Below, one piece after another: positions 17,522 to 29,394 of a stretch of 64,000 nt of DNA (position 1 is its first letter; each line of letters begins with the position of its first letter). The translations under genes and the position numbers were made by a program. This DNA comes from Gaiellaceae bacterium (GTDB taxonomy: Bacteria; Actinomycetota; Thermoleophilia; Gaiellales; Gaiellaceae): NCBI GenBank assembly GCA_050697375.1, contig JBOGZQ010000006.1:1390-65389 (forward strand). The letters are read 5' to 3'. The notes under the pieces were generated by a model. It saw nothing but the letters and a program-made list of their open reading frames with translations, was not told the DNA's origin and ran no database searches.

Positions 17522-19270
17522 GTGAGCGACGCCGACCGCGAGCGCGATCTCCGTCGCCTGGAGCGCGACCGCCGCCGCCAAGAGGAAGGCCGGACGCCGT
17601 ACTTCGAGCGCCAGGAGTCGCTCGATCGCTGGCCGCTGCTCGCCGACGTCTCCGAGCAACCGACGATGATCCTGCGCGTGCCGCCGCCGCGGCGCGAGGC
17701 CGGCCAGGAGGAGCCGGAGGCGGACCGTCCGCGGCTCGCGATCTCGGGCGCGATCTTCGCGGTGGCGACAGGGCTGTCGCGCATCTTCGGCCTCGTCCGC
17801 GAGGTCATCGCGGCCTACTACTTCGGCGCCGCCGGAAAGATCAACGCGTTCACGGTCGCCTTCCAGGTGCCGAACCTCGTCCGCGCGCTCGTCGCGGACG
17901 CAGCGTTGTCATCTGCATTCGTCCCGGTCTTCAGCGAGTTGCTCGAGAAGGGCGAGCGCAAGCGCGCGTGGCGCGTCGCGTCGACGCTCTTCTGGCTGAT
18001 GCTGCTCGGGCTGACCGCGCTCACGGCGATCTTCGTGCTCGTCGCGCCGTGGATCATCGGCATCTTCGGCAATCCGGGGCACGACCGCGCGTTGGCCATC
18101 GGGCTGTCGCGGGTGCTCTTCCCGATCGTCGCCCTGCTCGGGGTGTCGGGAATCGTCGTCGGCATCCTCAACAGCTACGACCACTTCACCGTCCCCGCGC
18201 TCTCGCCGGTGTTCTGGAACCTCGCGATCATCGCCGGGCTCGCGATCGGCGTCCCGCAGGCCCACTCGACGAACACGAAGCTCTACGTCTACGCGGTCTC
18301 GATCCTCGTCGCGACGTTCATCCAGGTCTTTCTGCCGGTGCCGTGGCTTCGTGGCCGCGACGGCCACCTGCAGCTCGTGCTCGATTGGCGTGACCCTGCG
18401 GTCAAGCGCGTCTTCGTGTTGATGGTCCCGGTGACGCTCGGTCTCGGCCTCATCAACGTGAACGCCGTCATCGACACGTTCTTCGCGTCTCGCTTCGTCA
18501 ATGCGAACCTCGCGCCGAACGCGATCCAGAAGGCATTCCTCATCTACATGCTCCCGCAGGGGATGTTCTCCGTCGCGATCGCAACCGTGCTCTTCCCGAC
18601 GCTCTCGCGTTTCGCCACGCGCGGCGACATGGCGGGATTCCGCGCGACCGTGAGCACGGGCCTCCGCCAGATCTCGTTCCTGCTGATCCCCGCGGCGGCG
18701 GTCAGCGCGGTGCTTGCGGAGCCGATCGTCCGCATCCTCTTCCAACGTGGCCACTTCGCTCCCTCGCAGACGCCTGTCGTAGCAGGCGCGCTCGCGGCGT
18801 TCAGCGCCGGCCTCGTCTTCAACGGCGCGATGCTCATGCTGAACCGCGCGTTCTTCAGCCTCCAGTCGAACTGGGCCCCGACCGTCATCGCCCTCGGGAA
18901 CCTCTTCCTCAACGCGATTCTCGACTTCGCGTTCTATCGCCTCGGCGTCTGGGGGATCCCGCTCGGCACGGCGGTGTGCAACATCGCCGGGACGTGGGCG
19001 CTGCTCGTCCTGCTGCGGCGCCGTCTCGGACGCATCGACGGCGGTGAGATCACGCAGACGGTCGTGCGGGTCGCGCTCGCGTCGGCTGCAGTGGCGCTCG
19101 TCGCGTGGTTCGTGTGGAAGCCGCTCGACTCTGCGCTCGGACGCTCGTTCGGCGGGCAGTTCGTCTCGCTCGGGCTCGCGCTCGGCGCCGCGCTGTTCAC
19201 CTACTTCATCGCGTGCAAGACCTTGCGCGTGCGCGAGCTGCAAACGCTGCTGGCCCTGCGCCGCCGGTGA
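17522..19270 (+). CDS. murJ: lipid II flippase MurJ/MviN with a roughly 70-aa charged N-terminal extension
   Basis: Track ORF of 582 aa (GTG start). Sequence: GLSRIFGLVREVIAAYYFGAAGKINAFTVAFQVPNLVRALVADAALSSAFVPVF; polytopic throughout. Confidence 0.9.
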   Translation: MSDADRERDLRRLERDRRRQEEGRTPYFERQESLDRWPLLADVSEQPTMILRVPPPRREAGQEEPEADRPRLAISGAIFAVATGLSRIFGLVREVIAAYYFGAAGKINAFTVAFQVPNLVRALVADAALSSAFVPVFSELLEKGERKRAWRVASTLFWLMLLGLTALTAIFVLVAPWIIGIFGNPGHDRALAIGLSRVLFPIVALLGVSGIVVGILNSYDHFTVPALSPVFWNLAIIAGLAIGVPQAHSTNTKLYVYAVSILVATFIQVFLPVPWLRGRDGHLQLVLDWRDPAVKRVFVLMVPVTLGLGLINVNAVIDTFFASRFVNANLAPNAIQKAFLIYMLPQGMFSVAIATVLFPTLSRFATRGDMAGFRATVSTGLRQISFLLIPAAAVSAVLAEPIVRILFQRGHFAPSQTPVVAGALAAFSAGLVFNGAMLMLNRAFFSLQSNWAPTVIALGNLFLNAILDFAFYRLGVWGIPLGTAVCNIAGTWALLVLLRRRLGRIDGGEITQTVVRVALASAAVALVAWFVWKPLDSALGRSFGGQFVSLGLALGAALFTYFIACKTLRVRELQTLLALRRR

Positions 19271-19737
19271 TCGAGTTCCGGCCGGTCGCCGAGTCGGACC
19301 TGCCGCGGTTGCGGGTCTGGCTCGAGCGCGAGCATGTGTCGGCGTGGTGGCGCGACGAGCGCGCGGAGCGCCACCTCGACCCGAACGAGCATTTCATCAT
19401 CGAGCTCGAAGGCCAGCCGGTCGGGATGATCCAGACCTACCTCGTCGACGGCTACCCCGACTGGAAGGCGGTCGTCGGCGACGAACCGGATCTCGCCGGC
19501 GTCGACCTGTTCATCGGCGAGGAGGATCTCGTCGGCCGCGGTCACGGCCCCCGCGTCCTCGAGCAGTTCGCGCGCGAGATCGTGTTCGCCCGCGAAGGGA
19601 CGGTCGCCGTCATTGCCACCATCGAAGAGGGAAATCGGCGTTCCTGGCGCGCGTTCGAGAAGGCCGGGTTCCGGCACGTGCGCGACGTGGAGGAGGAGGG
19701 ACGTCCCCACCGACTCATGCGGCTCGACCGCAGTTAG
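19267..19737 (+). CDS. GNAT family acetyltransferase
   Basis: Tail of track ORF 19105..19737 from the GTG that overlaps the murJ stop (GTGA). Sequence: VIEFRPVAESDLPRLRVWLEREHV...LVGRGHGPRVLEQFAREIVF...NRRSWRAFEKAGFRHV. Confidence 0.8.
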   Translation: MIEFRPVAESDLPRLRVWLEREHVSAWWRDERAERHLDPNEHFIIELEGQPVGMIQTYLVDGYPDWKAVVGDEPDLAGVDLFIGEEDLVGRGHGPRVLEQFAREIVFAREGTVAVIATIEEGNRRSWRAFEKAGFRHVRDVEEEGRPHRLMRLDRS

Positions 19738-19746
19738 CCTTTCGGC

Positions 19747-20211
19747 ATGGAGATCTTCAACGTGTTCACAGGCGAGCCGGACGACCTCGCCATCGCGGAG
19801 ACGCCGGACGGCTTCCGGTGCAATGCAGTTCAGATCGGCAAGAAGCTCGGCTCCACTCGCATGGGCATGACGGTGTACGAGCTCCCGCCCGGCCAGGCGA
19901 TCTGCCCCTACCACTTCGAGTGGACCGACGAGGAGTGGCTCTTCGTCCTAGCCGGCAAGCCGACGCTCCGTTCGCCGGAGGGCGAGCGCACGCTCGAGCC
20001 CGGCAACGCCGTCTGCTTCCCCGTAGGCCCCGACGGCGCGCACCTCGTGCGAGCGAACGACGAGACTGCGCGCGTCGCGATCATGTCGACGAAGCATCCA
20101 GTCGGCTTCGCCGAGTACCCCGACAGCGACAAGGTCGGCGTCTGGGCGGACAGGACGCACTACATGCTGCGCCGCTCGGCGCACCTCGACTACTGGGACG
20201 GCGAAGCCTGA
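19747..20211 (+). CDS. cupin domain protein
   Basis: Track ORF of 154 aa. Sequence: MTVYELPPGQAICPYHFEWTDEEWLFVLAGKPTLRSPEGERTLEPGNAVCFPVGPDGAH. Confidence 0.7.
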   Translation: MEIFNVFTGEPDDLAIAETPDGFRCNAVQIGKKLGSTRMGMTVYELPPGQAICPYHFEWTDEEWLFVLAGKPTLRSPEGERTLEPGNAVCFPVGPDGAHLVRANDETARVAIMSTKHPVGFAEYPDSDKVGVWADRTHYMLRRSAHLDYWDGEA

Positions 20212-21488
20212 GCCTGAGCGTTGACGAACGCATCGGCCTCGTCGAGCGTGCGGATCGACCGCACCGGTGACGCGAGAATGATGAGCCCGGCGAGCGAGCG
20301 GCCCGCTGCGCCGATGAACACCGTCGTGCGCAGCCCGATGTAGGTGCCGAGGATGCCGCCGAGCAGCGTGGCGACGGGAATCGTCGCCCACGAGACGAGG
20401 CGTCGGGATGCGCTCGCACGCGCCATCAACCGGTCCGGCGTTGTCGCCTGCCCGATCGTGACGCTCGTCGTGTTGTAGATCACGGCGCCCGTGCCCCAGA
20501 CGAGCAGTGCGGCGGCGAGAAGCGCGATGCCGGTCGACCCGGAGGCGAACGGGATGAGAAGCAGCGCCCAGCCGCTGAGTGCCGTCACGAGCATCACACG
20601 GCCGAGCCCGATCCACCGCTGCAGGCGGGTGACGAGGAACGCTCCCGAGAGCGAGCCGAGATTGGCGAGCACGAACACGGCGCCGATCTCGCGCGACGAC
20701 ATGCCCAGGCCGCGCACGGCGAACAGGAGGAAGACCGCAAAGAGGATCGAGTTGAAGATGTTCGCCGTGAAGGTGAAGGCGAGGTTGGGTCGCAGAATCG
20801 GGTGGCGCAGGACGAACGCGAGCCCTTCGCGGATGTCCGCCCACATGGAGCGGCGCTCGGACTCGAGCACACGCTCCTCGACGTGCGTGACGCGAGAGAT
20901 GAAGGCGCCGGAGCAGACGAAGCTGATCGCGTCGGTGAGAACCGCATAGGGAGCGCCGAGCGCGCCGATGAGCGCGCCCGCGATTCCGGGGCCGACCACC
21001 TGCGCCGCCTGCGCGGAGACCTGGAGGCCGGCGTTTCCCTCCGCCAGAAGCTCGCGCTCGAGGATCGCCGGGAGAAATGACGTCGACGCGACGTCGAAGA
21101 ACACCGTGAGCGTGCCGGTGACGAAGCCGACACCGAACAGCTGCCAGATGGTGAGCACGCCTCCGGCGTACGCCGCGGGAATCGACAGCAGCGCGGCCGC
21201 GCGGCCGAGGTCGCCGGCGATCATGATCGGGCGCCGCTGCGGCACGCGATCGATCCAGACGCCTGCCGGGAGGGCGACGAGGATCAGCGGAAGGGAGTCC
21301 GCGACCCCGAGCGCTGCAACCTCCAAGGTCGTCGCCTTCAACGTCGCGATCGCGACGAACGGGAGCGCCAGCAGGCTGACTTGGCTCCCGACCGAGCTCA
21401 CCGTCGCCGCCGACCAGAGCCGTACGTAGTCGCGGCGCTGCCAGAGCGGGCTGCGCGGCCGGAGCGCACGGAGGCGCCCGGCTACCAT
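20190..21488 (-). CDS. MFS transporter (EntS/MFS_3-like)
   Basis: Track ORF of 432 aa. About 12 hydrophobic segments. The N-terminus reads [23 protein letters not shown]. Confidence 0.8.
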   Translation of the reverse strand: MVAGRLRALRPRSPLWQRRDYVRLWSAATVSSVGSQVSLLALPFVAIATLKATTLEVAALGVADSLPLILVALPAGVWIDRVPQRRPIMIAGDLGRAAALLSIPAAYAGGVLTIWQLFGVGFVTGTLTVFFDVASTSFLPAILERELLAEGNAGLQVSAQAAQVVGPGIAGALIGALGAPYAVLTDAISFVCSGAFISRVTHVEERVLESERRSMWADIREGLAFVLRHPILRPNLAFTFTANIFNSILFAVFLLFAVRGLGMSSREIGAVFVLANLGSLSGAFLVTRLQRWIGLGRVMLVTALSGWALLLIPFASGSTGIALLAAALLVWGTGAVIYNTTSVTIGQATTPDRLMARASASRRLVSWATIPVATLLGGILGTYIGLRTTVFIGAAGRSLAGLIILASPVRSIRTLDEADAFVNAQAQASPSQ

Positions 21489-21500
21489 CGTTCAACTCCC

Positions 21501-23291
<1,791 letters not shown>

Positions 23292-23299
23292 GCCTTGAG

Positions 23300-23464
23300 A
23301 TGCGCACCGAATGCGAGCGCTGCGGCGTGGCCGTCGCGACGGACGGCAACGCGGTCATTTGCTCGTTCGAGTGCACGTTCTGCGCCGACTGCGGCGAGAA
23401 GATGGCGCACGTCTGCCCGAACTGCGGCGGCGAGCTCGTCCCCCGGCCGAAGCGGGCGGCATGA
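23300..23464 (+). CDS. DUF1272-type zinc-ribbon micro-protein (54 aa)
   Basis: Hidden in the tail of spurious track ORF 21692..23464. Sequence: MRTECERCGVAVATDGNAVICSFECTFCADCGEKMAHVCPNCGGELVPRPKRAA. Its stop overlaps the hemW ATG (ATGA). Confidence 0.65.
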   Translation: MRTECERCGVAVATDGNAVICSFECTFCADCGEKMAHVCPNCGGELVPRPKRAA

Positions 23465-24534
23465 ACGTCCGTCACCTGTACGTCCATCTGCCGTTCTGCG
23501 CGCACCGCTGCGGCTACTGCGACTTCGTCACCGCCGTCGGCCGCCGCGACCAGCACGGCGTGTACGTCGACGCGCTTCTGCGCGAGCTGGAGGAGGAGCG
23601 CAACGTCTTGGCCGATCCGCTCGACACCGTCTTCCTCGGCGGCGGGACGCCGACGTTCACCGCGCTGCCCGAGCTCGTGCGGCTGCTCGACGCATTGCCG
23701 GCCGCCGGCGAGGTCACCGTCGAGGCGAATCCCGAGACCGTCACCGCCCAGCTCGCGCGCGCACTCCGCGCCACCGGCGTCACGCGCGTCTCGCTCGGGG
23801 CGCAAAGTTTTCGCCCGCACCTGCTCGCCGTCCTCGAGCGCGGCGCGCAGCCCGACGACGTCCGCGGCGCGTTCGCGCACTTGCGCGACGCCGGCTTCGA
23901 CAACCTCTCGCTCGACCTCATCTACGGCATCCCCGGCCAGTCGGTCGCCGACCTCGAGGCCGATCTCGCCGATGCGATCGCACTCGCCCCCGAGCACCTG
24001 TCGTGCTACGAGCTCGAGGCCAAGCCCGGCACGCGCTTCACGCACGCGCACGGTGACGAGCTCGTACGCCAGGCGGAAGCGATGGAGGACTACTTCGAAC
24101 GCGTCGTCGCGACGCTCACCGGAGCCGGCTACCGCTGGTATGAGACCGCGAACTTCTGCCGCGGCGACGGGCGCGCACTGCACAACCTCGGCTACTGGCT
24201 CGGCCGCGACTACCTCGGCATCGGCATCGGCGCCGTCTCGACGATCGGGGACGAGCGCCGCCGGAACACGCCGAAGCTCGCGCGCTACCTCGCCGGCGAG
24301 TACGAGCGCGAGATCGAGCCGCTCGACGACGACACACGCGCGCGCGAGCGGGTCATGCTCGGCCTCCGCCTCGACGAGCCGCTCCCGGTCGCGGGCCTCG
24401 CCCACGCATTCGATCCCGCGGGCCTCGCCCGCGTCGAACGGCTCGGGCTCGCGACTCGTACGGATGACACGCTCGCGCTCACCGAGCGCGGCCGCTACCT
24501 CGGCGGGGCCGTGACGGCGGACCTCCTCAGCTAA
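23461..24534 (+). CDS. hemW: radical SAM heme chaperone HemW (HemN-like)
   Basis: Track ORF 23311..24534 from the ATG at 23461. Sequence: MNVRHLYVHLPFCAHRCGYCDF (CxxxCxxC) ...FLGGGTPT...SLGAQSF. Confidence 0.9.
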   Translation: MNVRHLYVHLPFCAHRCGYCDFVTAVGRRDQHGVYVDALLRELEEERNVLADPLDTVFLGGGTPTFTALPELVRLLDALPAAGEVTVEANPETVTAQLARALRATGVTRVSLGAQSFRPHLLAVLERGAQPDDVRGAFAHLRDAGFDNLSLDLIYGIPGQSVADLEADLADAIALAPEHLSCYELEAKPGTRFTHAHGDELVRQAEAMEDYFERVVATLTGAGYRWYETANFCRGDGRALHNLGYWLGRDYLGIGIGAVSTIGDERRRNTPKLARYLAGEYEREIEPLDDDTRARERVMLGLRLDEPLPVAGLAHAFDPAGLARVERLGLATRTDDTLALTERGRYLGGAVTADLLS

Positions 24535-24546
24535 AATTCCCTGCAA

Positions 24547-25575
24547 ATGGTGCTAACTGCGCGTCAGAAGGACATCCTGCGGCACGTCGTCGAGGAATAC
24601 GTCGCGACCGGCCAGCCGGTCGGCTCGAAGACGCTCGTCGACCGCGGCGGCCTTCGGATCGCAGCCTCGACGGCGCGCGCAGAGCTCGCCGAGCTCGAAG
24701 CGCTCGGCCTGCTCACGCACCCGCACACGTCCGCCGGCCGCGTTCCGACCGAGGCCGGCTACCGCTACTACGCCGACGAGCTCCTCGGACGCCTCGCGCC
24801 GCATCCGGCCGAGTTCCCGCTCGATCTGCACACGACGCGCACCGAGGTCGAGTCCGCGCTGCAGGCGACGACGGAGATGCTCTCGCAGGTGACGCGGCTG
24901 CTCGCGCTCGTCTCCGCGCCGCCGCTCGAGGCGACCACGATCGTCCGCGTCGAGGTCCTGCTGCTTCAGGCGGAGCTCGTGATGGTGGTCGTCATCACCT
25001 CCGCCGGCGGTGTCAGCAAGCGGCTCTTCCATTTCGACGAGCCCGTCGATCCGGGCCTCGCGCAGTGGGCGAACGAATACCTGAACGAGACGGTCTCCGG
25101 GCTTCAGGTCGGAACGACGCTGCTCCGCCGCCGGTTCGAGGATCCGGGCCTGAGCGTTCGCGAGCGCGCGTTCCTCGCGGCGCTCCGGGCGGCGTTCACC
25201 GAGCTCGTCTCCGCCGAGCAGCGTCTCTACGTCGGAGGGGCCGCCGACCTCCTCGGTGAAGTCCGCAACGACGAGCTCGACGCGTACCGGAACCTGTTCG
25301 AGCTGGTCGAGAAGCGTGCCGCGCTTCTCGACGTTCTCGGCGACGCGAGTCTCGACATGCGCGGCCCCTTCGTCCGTGTCGGCCGCGAGCTCGCGCACCC
25401 TGCGCTCCAGGAGATCGCGCTGGTCGGCGCCGCGTACGGCGTCATGCACCGTGTGCTCGGCGCGGTCAGCCTGATCGGGCCGGTGCGCATGGACTACGAG
25501 AAGGCGGTCGGCGCCGTTCGCTCGGCTGCGACCGAGCTTTCCCGCTTCGCCGAGTCCGTGTACTCGGATCGCTAG
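24547..25575 (+). CDS. hrcA: heat-inducible transcription repressor HrcA
   Basis: Track ORF of 342 aa. Sequence: [29 protein letters not shown]...[20 protein letters not shown]. Confidence 0.93.
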   Translation: MVLTARQKDILRHVVEEYVATGQPVGSKTLVDRGGLRIAASTARAELAELEALGLLTHPHTSAGRVPTEAGYRYYADELLGRLAPHPAEFPLDLHTTRTEVESALQATTEMLSQVTRLLALVSAPPLEATTIVRVEVLLLQAELVMVVVITSAGGVSKRLFHFDEPVDPGLAQWANEYLNETVSGLQVGTTLLRRRFEDPGLSVRERAFLAALRAAFTELVSAEQRLYVGGAADLLGEVRNDELDAYRNLFELVEKRAALLDVLGDASLDMRGPFVRVGRELAHPALQEIALVGAAYGVMHRVLGAVSLIGPVRMDYEKAVGAVRSAATELSRFAESVYSDR

Positions 25576-25585
25576 CCTGGTTCGC

Positions 25586-26695
25586 GTGGCGACGACGGAG
25601 CGCGACTACTACGAGCTCCTCGGTGTCGCGCGCAGCGCGGACGAGGGGGAGATCAAGAAGGCCTTCCGCCGGCTCGCCCGCGAGCTGCACCCCGACGTTT
25701 CCGACGCTCCGGATGCGCAGGAGCGCTTCCGCGAGGTGGTCGAGGCCTACGAGGTGCTGTCGAAGGCGGAGACACGTGAGCTGTACGACCGCTACGGCCA
25801 CGCAGGCCTGCGCAGCGGCGGCTTCCAGCCCGGCCACTTCGACTTCGGCAGCCTCTCCGATCTCTTCGCGGCGTTCTTCGGCGACGACCTGATCGGCAGT
25901 CGCGGGCGCTCGCGCGGGCCCGACCTCGGTGCCGAGGTGGAGGTCGACCTCGTCGACGCCGCGCGCGGGGTCAGGCGCGAGGTTCCGTTCCAGGTTGCCG
26001 TCACGTGCACGCATTGCAACGGCGACGGCGCCGAGCCGGGCAGCGAGATCACGACGTGCCCGACATGCGCCGGTGCGGGTCGCCTGCAGCAGGTCTCGCG
26101 CAGCGTCTTCGGCGAGTTCGTCCGCACGCAGACGTGCCCGACGTGCGGCGGCTCGGGCCGGAAGATCGAGACACCGTGCTCGATTTGCGACGGAGCCGGC
26201 CGTGTGGTGGAGGAGCGCCGCATCGACGTCGACATTCCCGCCGGTATCCACGACGGCCAGCAGATCCGGCTGACGGGCGCAGGCCACGCGGGCGCCCTCG
26301 GCGCGCGCGCCGGCGACGCGTACGTGCGGGTGCATGTGCGTCCCGACGAGCGCTTCGTTCGCGAGGGCAACGACATCTACACGACCGTGTCCCTCACGAT
26401 GACCCAGGCCGCGCTCGGCGCGAGCGTCGCGATTCCGACGCTCGACGGCGAAGAGCAATTCGAGTTCGAGCCGGGGACGCAGCCCGGCGCGGTCGTCGTC
26501 CTGCGCGGCAAGGGCATGCCCGTCCTCCAGGGCTTCGGCCACGGCGACCAGCGCGTGCTCGTGAGCGTCGCCGTCCCGCGGCACGTGACCGAGGAGCAAC
26601 GACGGTTGCTCGAGGAGTTCGACGCGCAGGCGGACGAGCGCACGTACAAGCCCGACGAGGGCTTCTTCGGGAAACTGAAGAGCGCCTTCCGCTGA
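25586..26695 (+). CDS. dnaJ: molecular chaperone DnaJ
   Basis: Track ORF of 369 aa. The J-domain is [31 protein letters not shown]. It has four CxxCxGxG zinc-finger repeats ([32 protein letters not shown]). Confidence 0.96.
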   Translation: MATTERDYYELLGVARSADEGEIKKAFRRLARELHPDVSDAPDAQERFREVVEAYEVLSKAETRELYDRYGHAGLRSGGFQPGHFDFGSLSDLFAAFFGDDLIGSRGRSRGPDLGAEVEVDLVDAARGVRREVPFQVAVTCTHCNGDGAEPGSEITTCPTCAGAGRLQQVSRSVFGEFVRTQTCPTCGGSGRKIETPCSICDGAGRVVEERRIDVDIPAGIHDGQQIRLTGAGHAGALGARAGDAYVRVHVRPDERFVREGNDIYTTVSLTMTQAALGASVAIPTLDGEEQFEFEPGTQPGAVVVLRGKGMPVLQGFGHGDQRVLVSVAVPRHVTEEQRRLLEEFDAQADERTYKPDEGFFGKLKSAFR

Positions 26696-26703
26696 ACCGC
26701 TAC

Positions 26704-27390
26704 GTGGTCGTCGGCGGCGAGCCGGAGCTGCTCCTGCTGCTGCACCTCTTTCCCGACGGCGTCGAGGAGCTCGACGGCGCGTATGCCGTGTACGCCGACG
26801 AGCCGCCGATCGGCTTCGACGTGATCGAGGCGGAGGACGTGCCGGACGGCTGGGAGGACGCGTGGCGCGAGTTCCACCACGGCGTCCGGGTCGGGCGCCT
26901 GTGGGTCGGGCCGCCGTGGGAGGAGGCGCCCGCCGGCGCGACGCCGGTCGCCATCGACCCCGGCCGCGCGTTCGGCACCGGCGCGCATGCGACGACACGC
27001 CTCTGCCTCGAGCTGCTCCAGGAAGTGGAGCCGTCCAGCCTGCTGGACGTCGGCTGCGGCTCCGGCGTCCTGTCGATCGCGGCTGCGAAGCTCGGGTTCT
27101 CGCCGGTCGGCGCGTTCGATCTCGACGAGGTCGCGGTGGAGACGACCGCGGCGAACGCCGTGCTCAACGGCGTCGACGTCGACGTGCTCGAGGAGGTGCG
27201 GCCGGCGGCGCTTGCGGTCATGAACATCGCCCTCGACGTGGTCGAAGGGCTCCTGCCGAAGCTCCCGGTTGGGCGCGCGGTCACGTCCGGCTATCTCGCG
27301 CGGGATGAGCTTCGCGTGGCCGGATGGCACCGGGTCGACCGCCGCGAGCGCGACGGCTGGGCGGCGGACCTGCTCGAATTCCGGCCGTGA
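26704..27390 (+). CDS. prmA: ribosomal protein L11 methyltransferase
   Basis: Tail of track ORF 26005..27390. Sequence: IDPGRAFGTGAHATTRLCLELL...LLDVGCGSGVLSIAAAKLG. The start is uncertain: GTG 26704, or CTG 26692 overlapping the dnaJ stop. Confidence 0.8.
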   Translation: MVVGGEPELLLLLHLFPDGVEELDGAYAVYADEPPIGFDVIEAEDVPDGWEDAWREFHHGVRVGRLWVGPPWEEAPAGATPVAIDPGRAFGTGAHATTRLCLELLQEVEPSSLLDVGCGSGVLSIAAAKLGFSPVGAFDLDEVAVETTAANAVLNGVDVDVLEEVRPAALAVMNIALDVVEGLLPKLPVGRAVTSGYLARDELRVAGWHRVDRRERDGWAADLLEFRP

Positions 27391-28577
27391 CGACGTTCTC
27401 GGTGCAGTTCCTCGGCTGCAAGGTCTCGCACGTCGACGCGCACGAGGTGCGCGAGGCGCTGCTCGCCGGCGGCCACCGCGAGAGCCCGGAGGCGGAGGTC
27501 GCGGTCGTGAATACCTGCTGCGTCACGAACGAGGCGGTGGCGAAGTCCCGCAAGGCCGCCGCCCGCGCCGCGCGCACGTACCGGCGCGTCTATGTCACCG
27601 GCTGCGGCGCCAACCTCGCCTCAGACGCGTTCGCCGGGCTTCCCGAGAACGTCGTCGTCGTGGCGCGACGGAGCGAGGAGACGCCGGCGTTCGTCGCGGG
27701 CGACGTCGGTGCGATCGGCTGCGTCCAGGACGACGCGCGTCTCGACCGCGTCCGCGCGTTCGTCAAGGTGCAGGACGGCTGCAGCTTCTCCTGCAACTTC
27801 TGCGTCATCCCGCTCGTCCGCGGCGCGTCGCGCAGCCGGCGCGCGACAGCCGTGCTCGCGGAGATCGCACGCCGCGTCGCGCAGGGCCATCGCGAGGTCG
27901 TCCTCACGGGGATCAACCTCGGCTGCTACCGCGACCGCGACGCCGGCTACGACCTCCCGCGCCTCGTTCGCGAAGCGGGAGCGACGCCCGGCCTCGCGCG
28001 CCTGCGCCTTTCGTCGATCGAGATCAACCACGTGAACGACGAGCTCGTCGCCGCGCTCCGCGAGACGCCGACCGTGAGCCGCCACCTGCACGTGCCGCTC
28101 CAGTCGGGAGACGACGGAGTCCTGCGCGCGATGGCGCGCCGCTATTCGGCGGCGACATTCCTGCGCCGCCTCGCACCGCTGCAGGACGAGTTCAACCTCA
28201 CGAGCGACGTCATCGTCGGGTTCCCCGCCGAGGACGAGCGCGCGTTCGAGAGCACCATGCGCATCGTCCGCGATGCAGGGCTGACGAAGCTGCACGTCTT
28301 CCCGTACTCGCCGCGGCCGGGAACGGTCACGGCGAACGACGATCCCGTTCCCCCGGCGGTGAAGCGCGAACGGAGCGAGCGGCTGCGCGCGCTCTCCGAC
28401 GAGGCGTGCCTCGCGCGCTGGCGCACGAAGGTCGGATGCGACGACATCGTCCTCGTCGACCGGCCGGGGCGCGGGTACGGCGACGACTACTCGCCCTGGC
28501 TCGTCGACGCCGCCCTCGGCGAGCTCGTGCGCGTCCGCGGCGGCGCCGTCACGGAGGAGGGGATCCTCGCTGCCTGA
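27387..28577 (+). CDS. mtaB: MiaB/RimO-family radical SAM methylthiotransferase (MtaB-like)
   Basis: Track ORF 27324..28577 from the GTG at 27387 (GTGA overlap with prmA). Sequence: FLGCKVSHVDAHEV...VNTCCVTNEA...VQDGCSFSCNFCVIPLVRG. Confidence 0.85.
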   Translation: MTTFSVQFLGCKVSHVDAHEVREALLAGGHRESPEAEVAVVNTCCVTNEAVAKSRKAAARAARTYRRVYVTGCGANLASDAFAGLPENVVVVARRSEETPAFVAGDVGAIGCVQDDARLDRVRAFVKVQDGCSFSCNFCVIPLVRGASRSRRATAVLAEIARRVAQGHREVVLTGINLGCYRDRDAGYDLPRLVREAGATPGLARLRLSSIEINHVNDELVAALRETPTVSRHLHVPLQSGDDGVLRAMARRYSAATFLRRLAPLQDEFNLTSDVIVGFPAEDERAFESTMRIVRDAGLTKLHVFPYSPRPGTVTANDDPVPPAVKRERSERLRALSDEACLARWRTKVGCDDIVLVDRPGRGYGDDYSPWLVDAALGELVRVRGGAVTEEGILAA

Positions 28578-28902
28578 CGACTGCCTCTTCTGCACGCTCT
28601 ACCGCGAGGGAGACCACGTCGCCGCGATCGAGGGCTTCGTCGCGATCCGCGACATCAATCCGCAGGCGCCCGTCCACCTGCTCGTCGTCCCCGAGCACCA
28701 CATCGCGAGCTTCCACGACATCGCCGAGTACTCGGCGGACGAGGACAAGCGCATGCTCGACTTCGTCGCCGACGTCGCTGCACACGAGGGGCTGACCGAC
28801 TACCGTGTCGTCGTCAACGCCGGCGCGGGGGCCGGACAGACGGTGTTCCATCTCCACTGGCACGTGCTCGGCGGCGGCAACCTGGGCAGGAGGATGACGT
28901 GA
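28570..28902 (+). CDS. HIT (histidine triad) family protein; start codon non-canonical or unresolved
   Basis: Absent from the ORF track. My translation is LPDDCLFCTLYREGDHVAAIEGFVAIRDINPQAPVHLLVVPEHH...GAGQTVFHLHWHVLGG (HxHxHxx triad). No in-frame ATG, GTG or TTG gives a full-length product; a CTG at 28570 overlaps the mtaB stop. Confidence 0.7.
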   Translation: MPDDCLFCTLYREGDHVAAIEGFVAIRDINPQAPVHLLVVPEHHIASFHDIAEYSADEDKRMLDFVADVAAHEGLTDYRVVVNAGAGAGQTVFHLHWHVLGGGNLGRRMT

Positions 28903-29342
28903 GTCGGATCGAGACGATCGAGGGCGAGCTGCGCGAGGCCATGAAGGCCCGCGACGCCGATCGCCGCGACGCGCTCCGGCTCATCCTCAACGCGCTGAAG
29001 AACTCCGAGAAGGAGCTCCAGCGCCCGCTGTCGGAGGACGAGGAGCTCCAGGTGCTCCAGCGCGAGCGCAAGCGCCGCGTCGAGGCGGCGGACGCGTTCC
29101 GCGCCGGCGGGCGCGAGGAGCAGGCGGAAGACGAGGAGTACGAGCTCGAAGTGCTCGAGGAGTTCATGCCTGCACCGCTCTCCGAGGACGAGATCGAGGA
29201 GATCGTCGACGACGCCATCGCCGAGGTGGGCGCGACGAGCATCGCCGATCTCGGCCGCGTGATGGCGGACGTGATGCCGCAGATCGCCGGCCGCGCAGAC
29301 GGCTCCGCGGTCAGCCAGATCGTTCGCGAGAAGCTGGCGTAG
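28899..29342 (+). CDS. yqeY: GatB/YqeY domain protein
   Basis: Track ORF of 147 aa. Sequence: IEGELREAMKARDADRRDALRLILNALKNSEKE...GRVMADVMPQIAGRADGSAVSQIVREKL. GTGA overlap with the HIT gene. Confidence 0.85.
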   Translation: MSRIETIEGELREAMKARDADRRDALRLILNALKNSEKELQRPLSEDEELQVLQRERKRRVEAADAFRAGGREEQAEDEEYELEVLEEFMPAPLSEDEIEEIVDDAIAEVGATSIADLGRVMADVMPQIAGRADGSAVSQIVREKLA

Positions 29343-29394
29343 GAAACGGCGTCGCTCGGGCCGCGCCAGGGGGCCGTCCTCCTACACTGATCGT

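Noticed and set aside
24520-24560. CIRCE operator (TTAGCACTC-N9-GAGTGCTAA) upstream of hrcA
   Set aside because: Only a fragment (GGTGCTAA) is present, and it lies inside the first codons of hrcA. There is no inverted partner.
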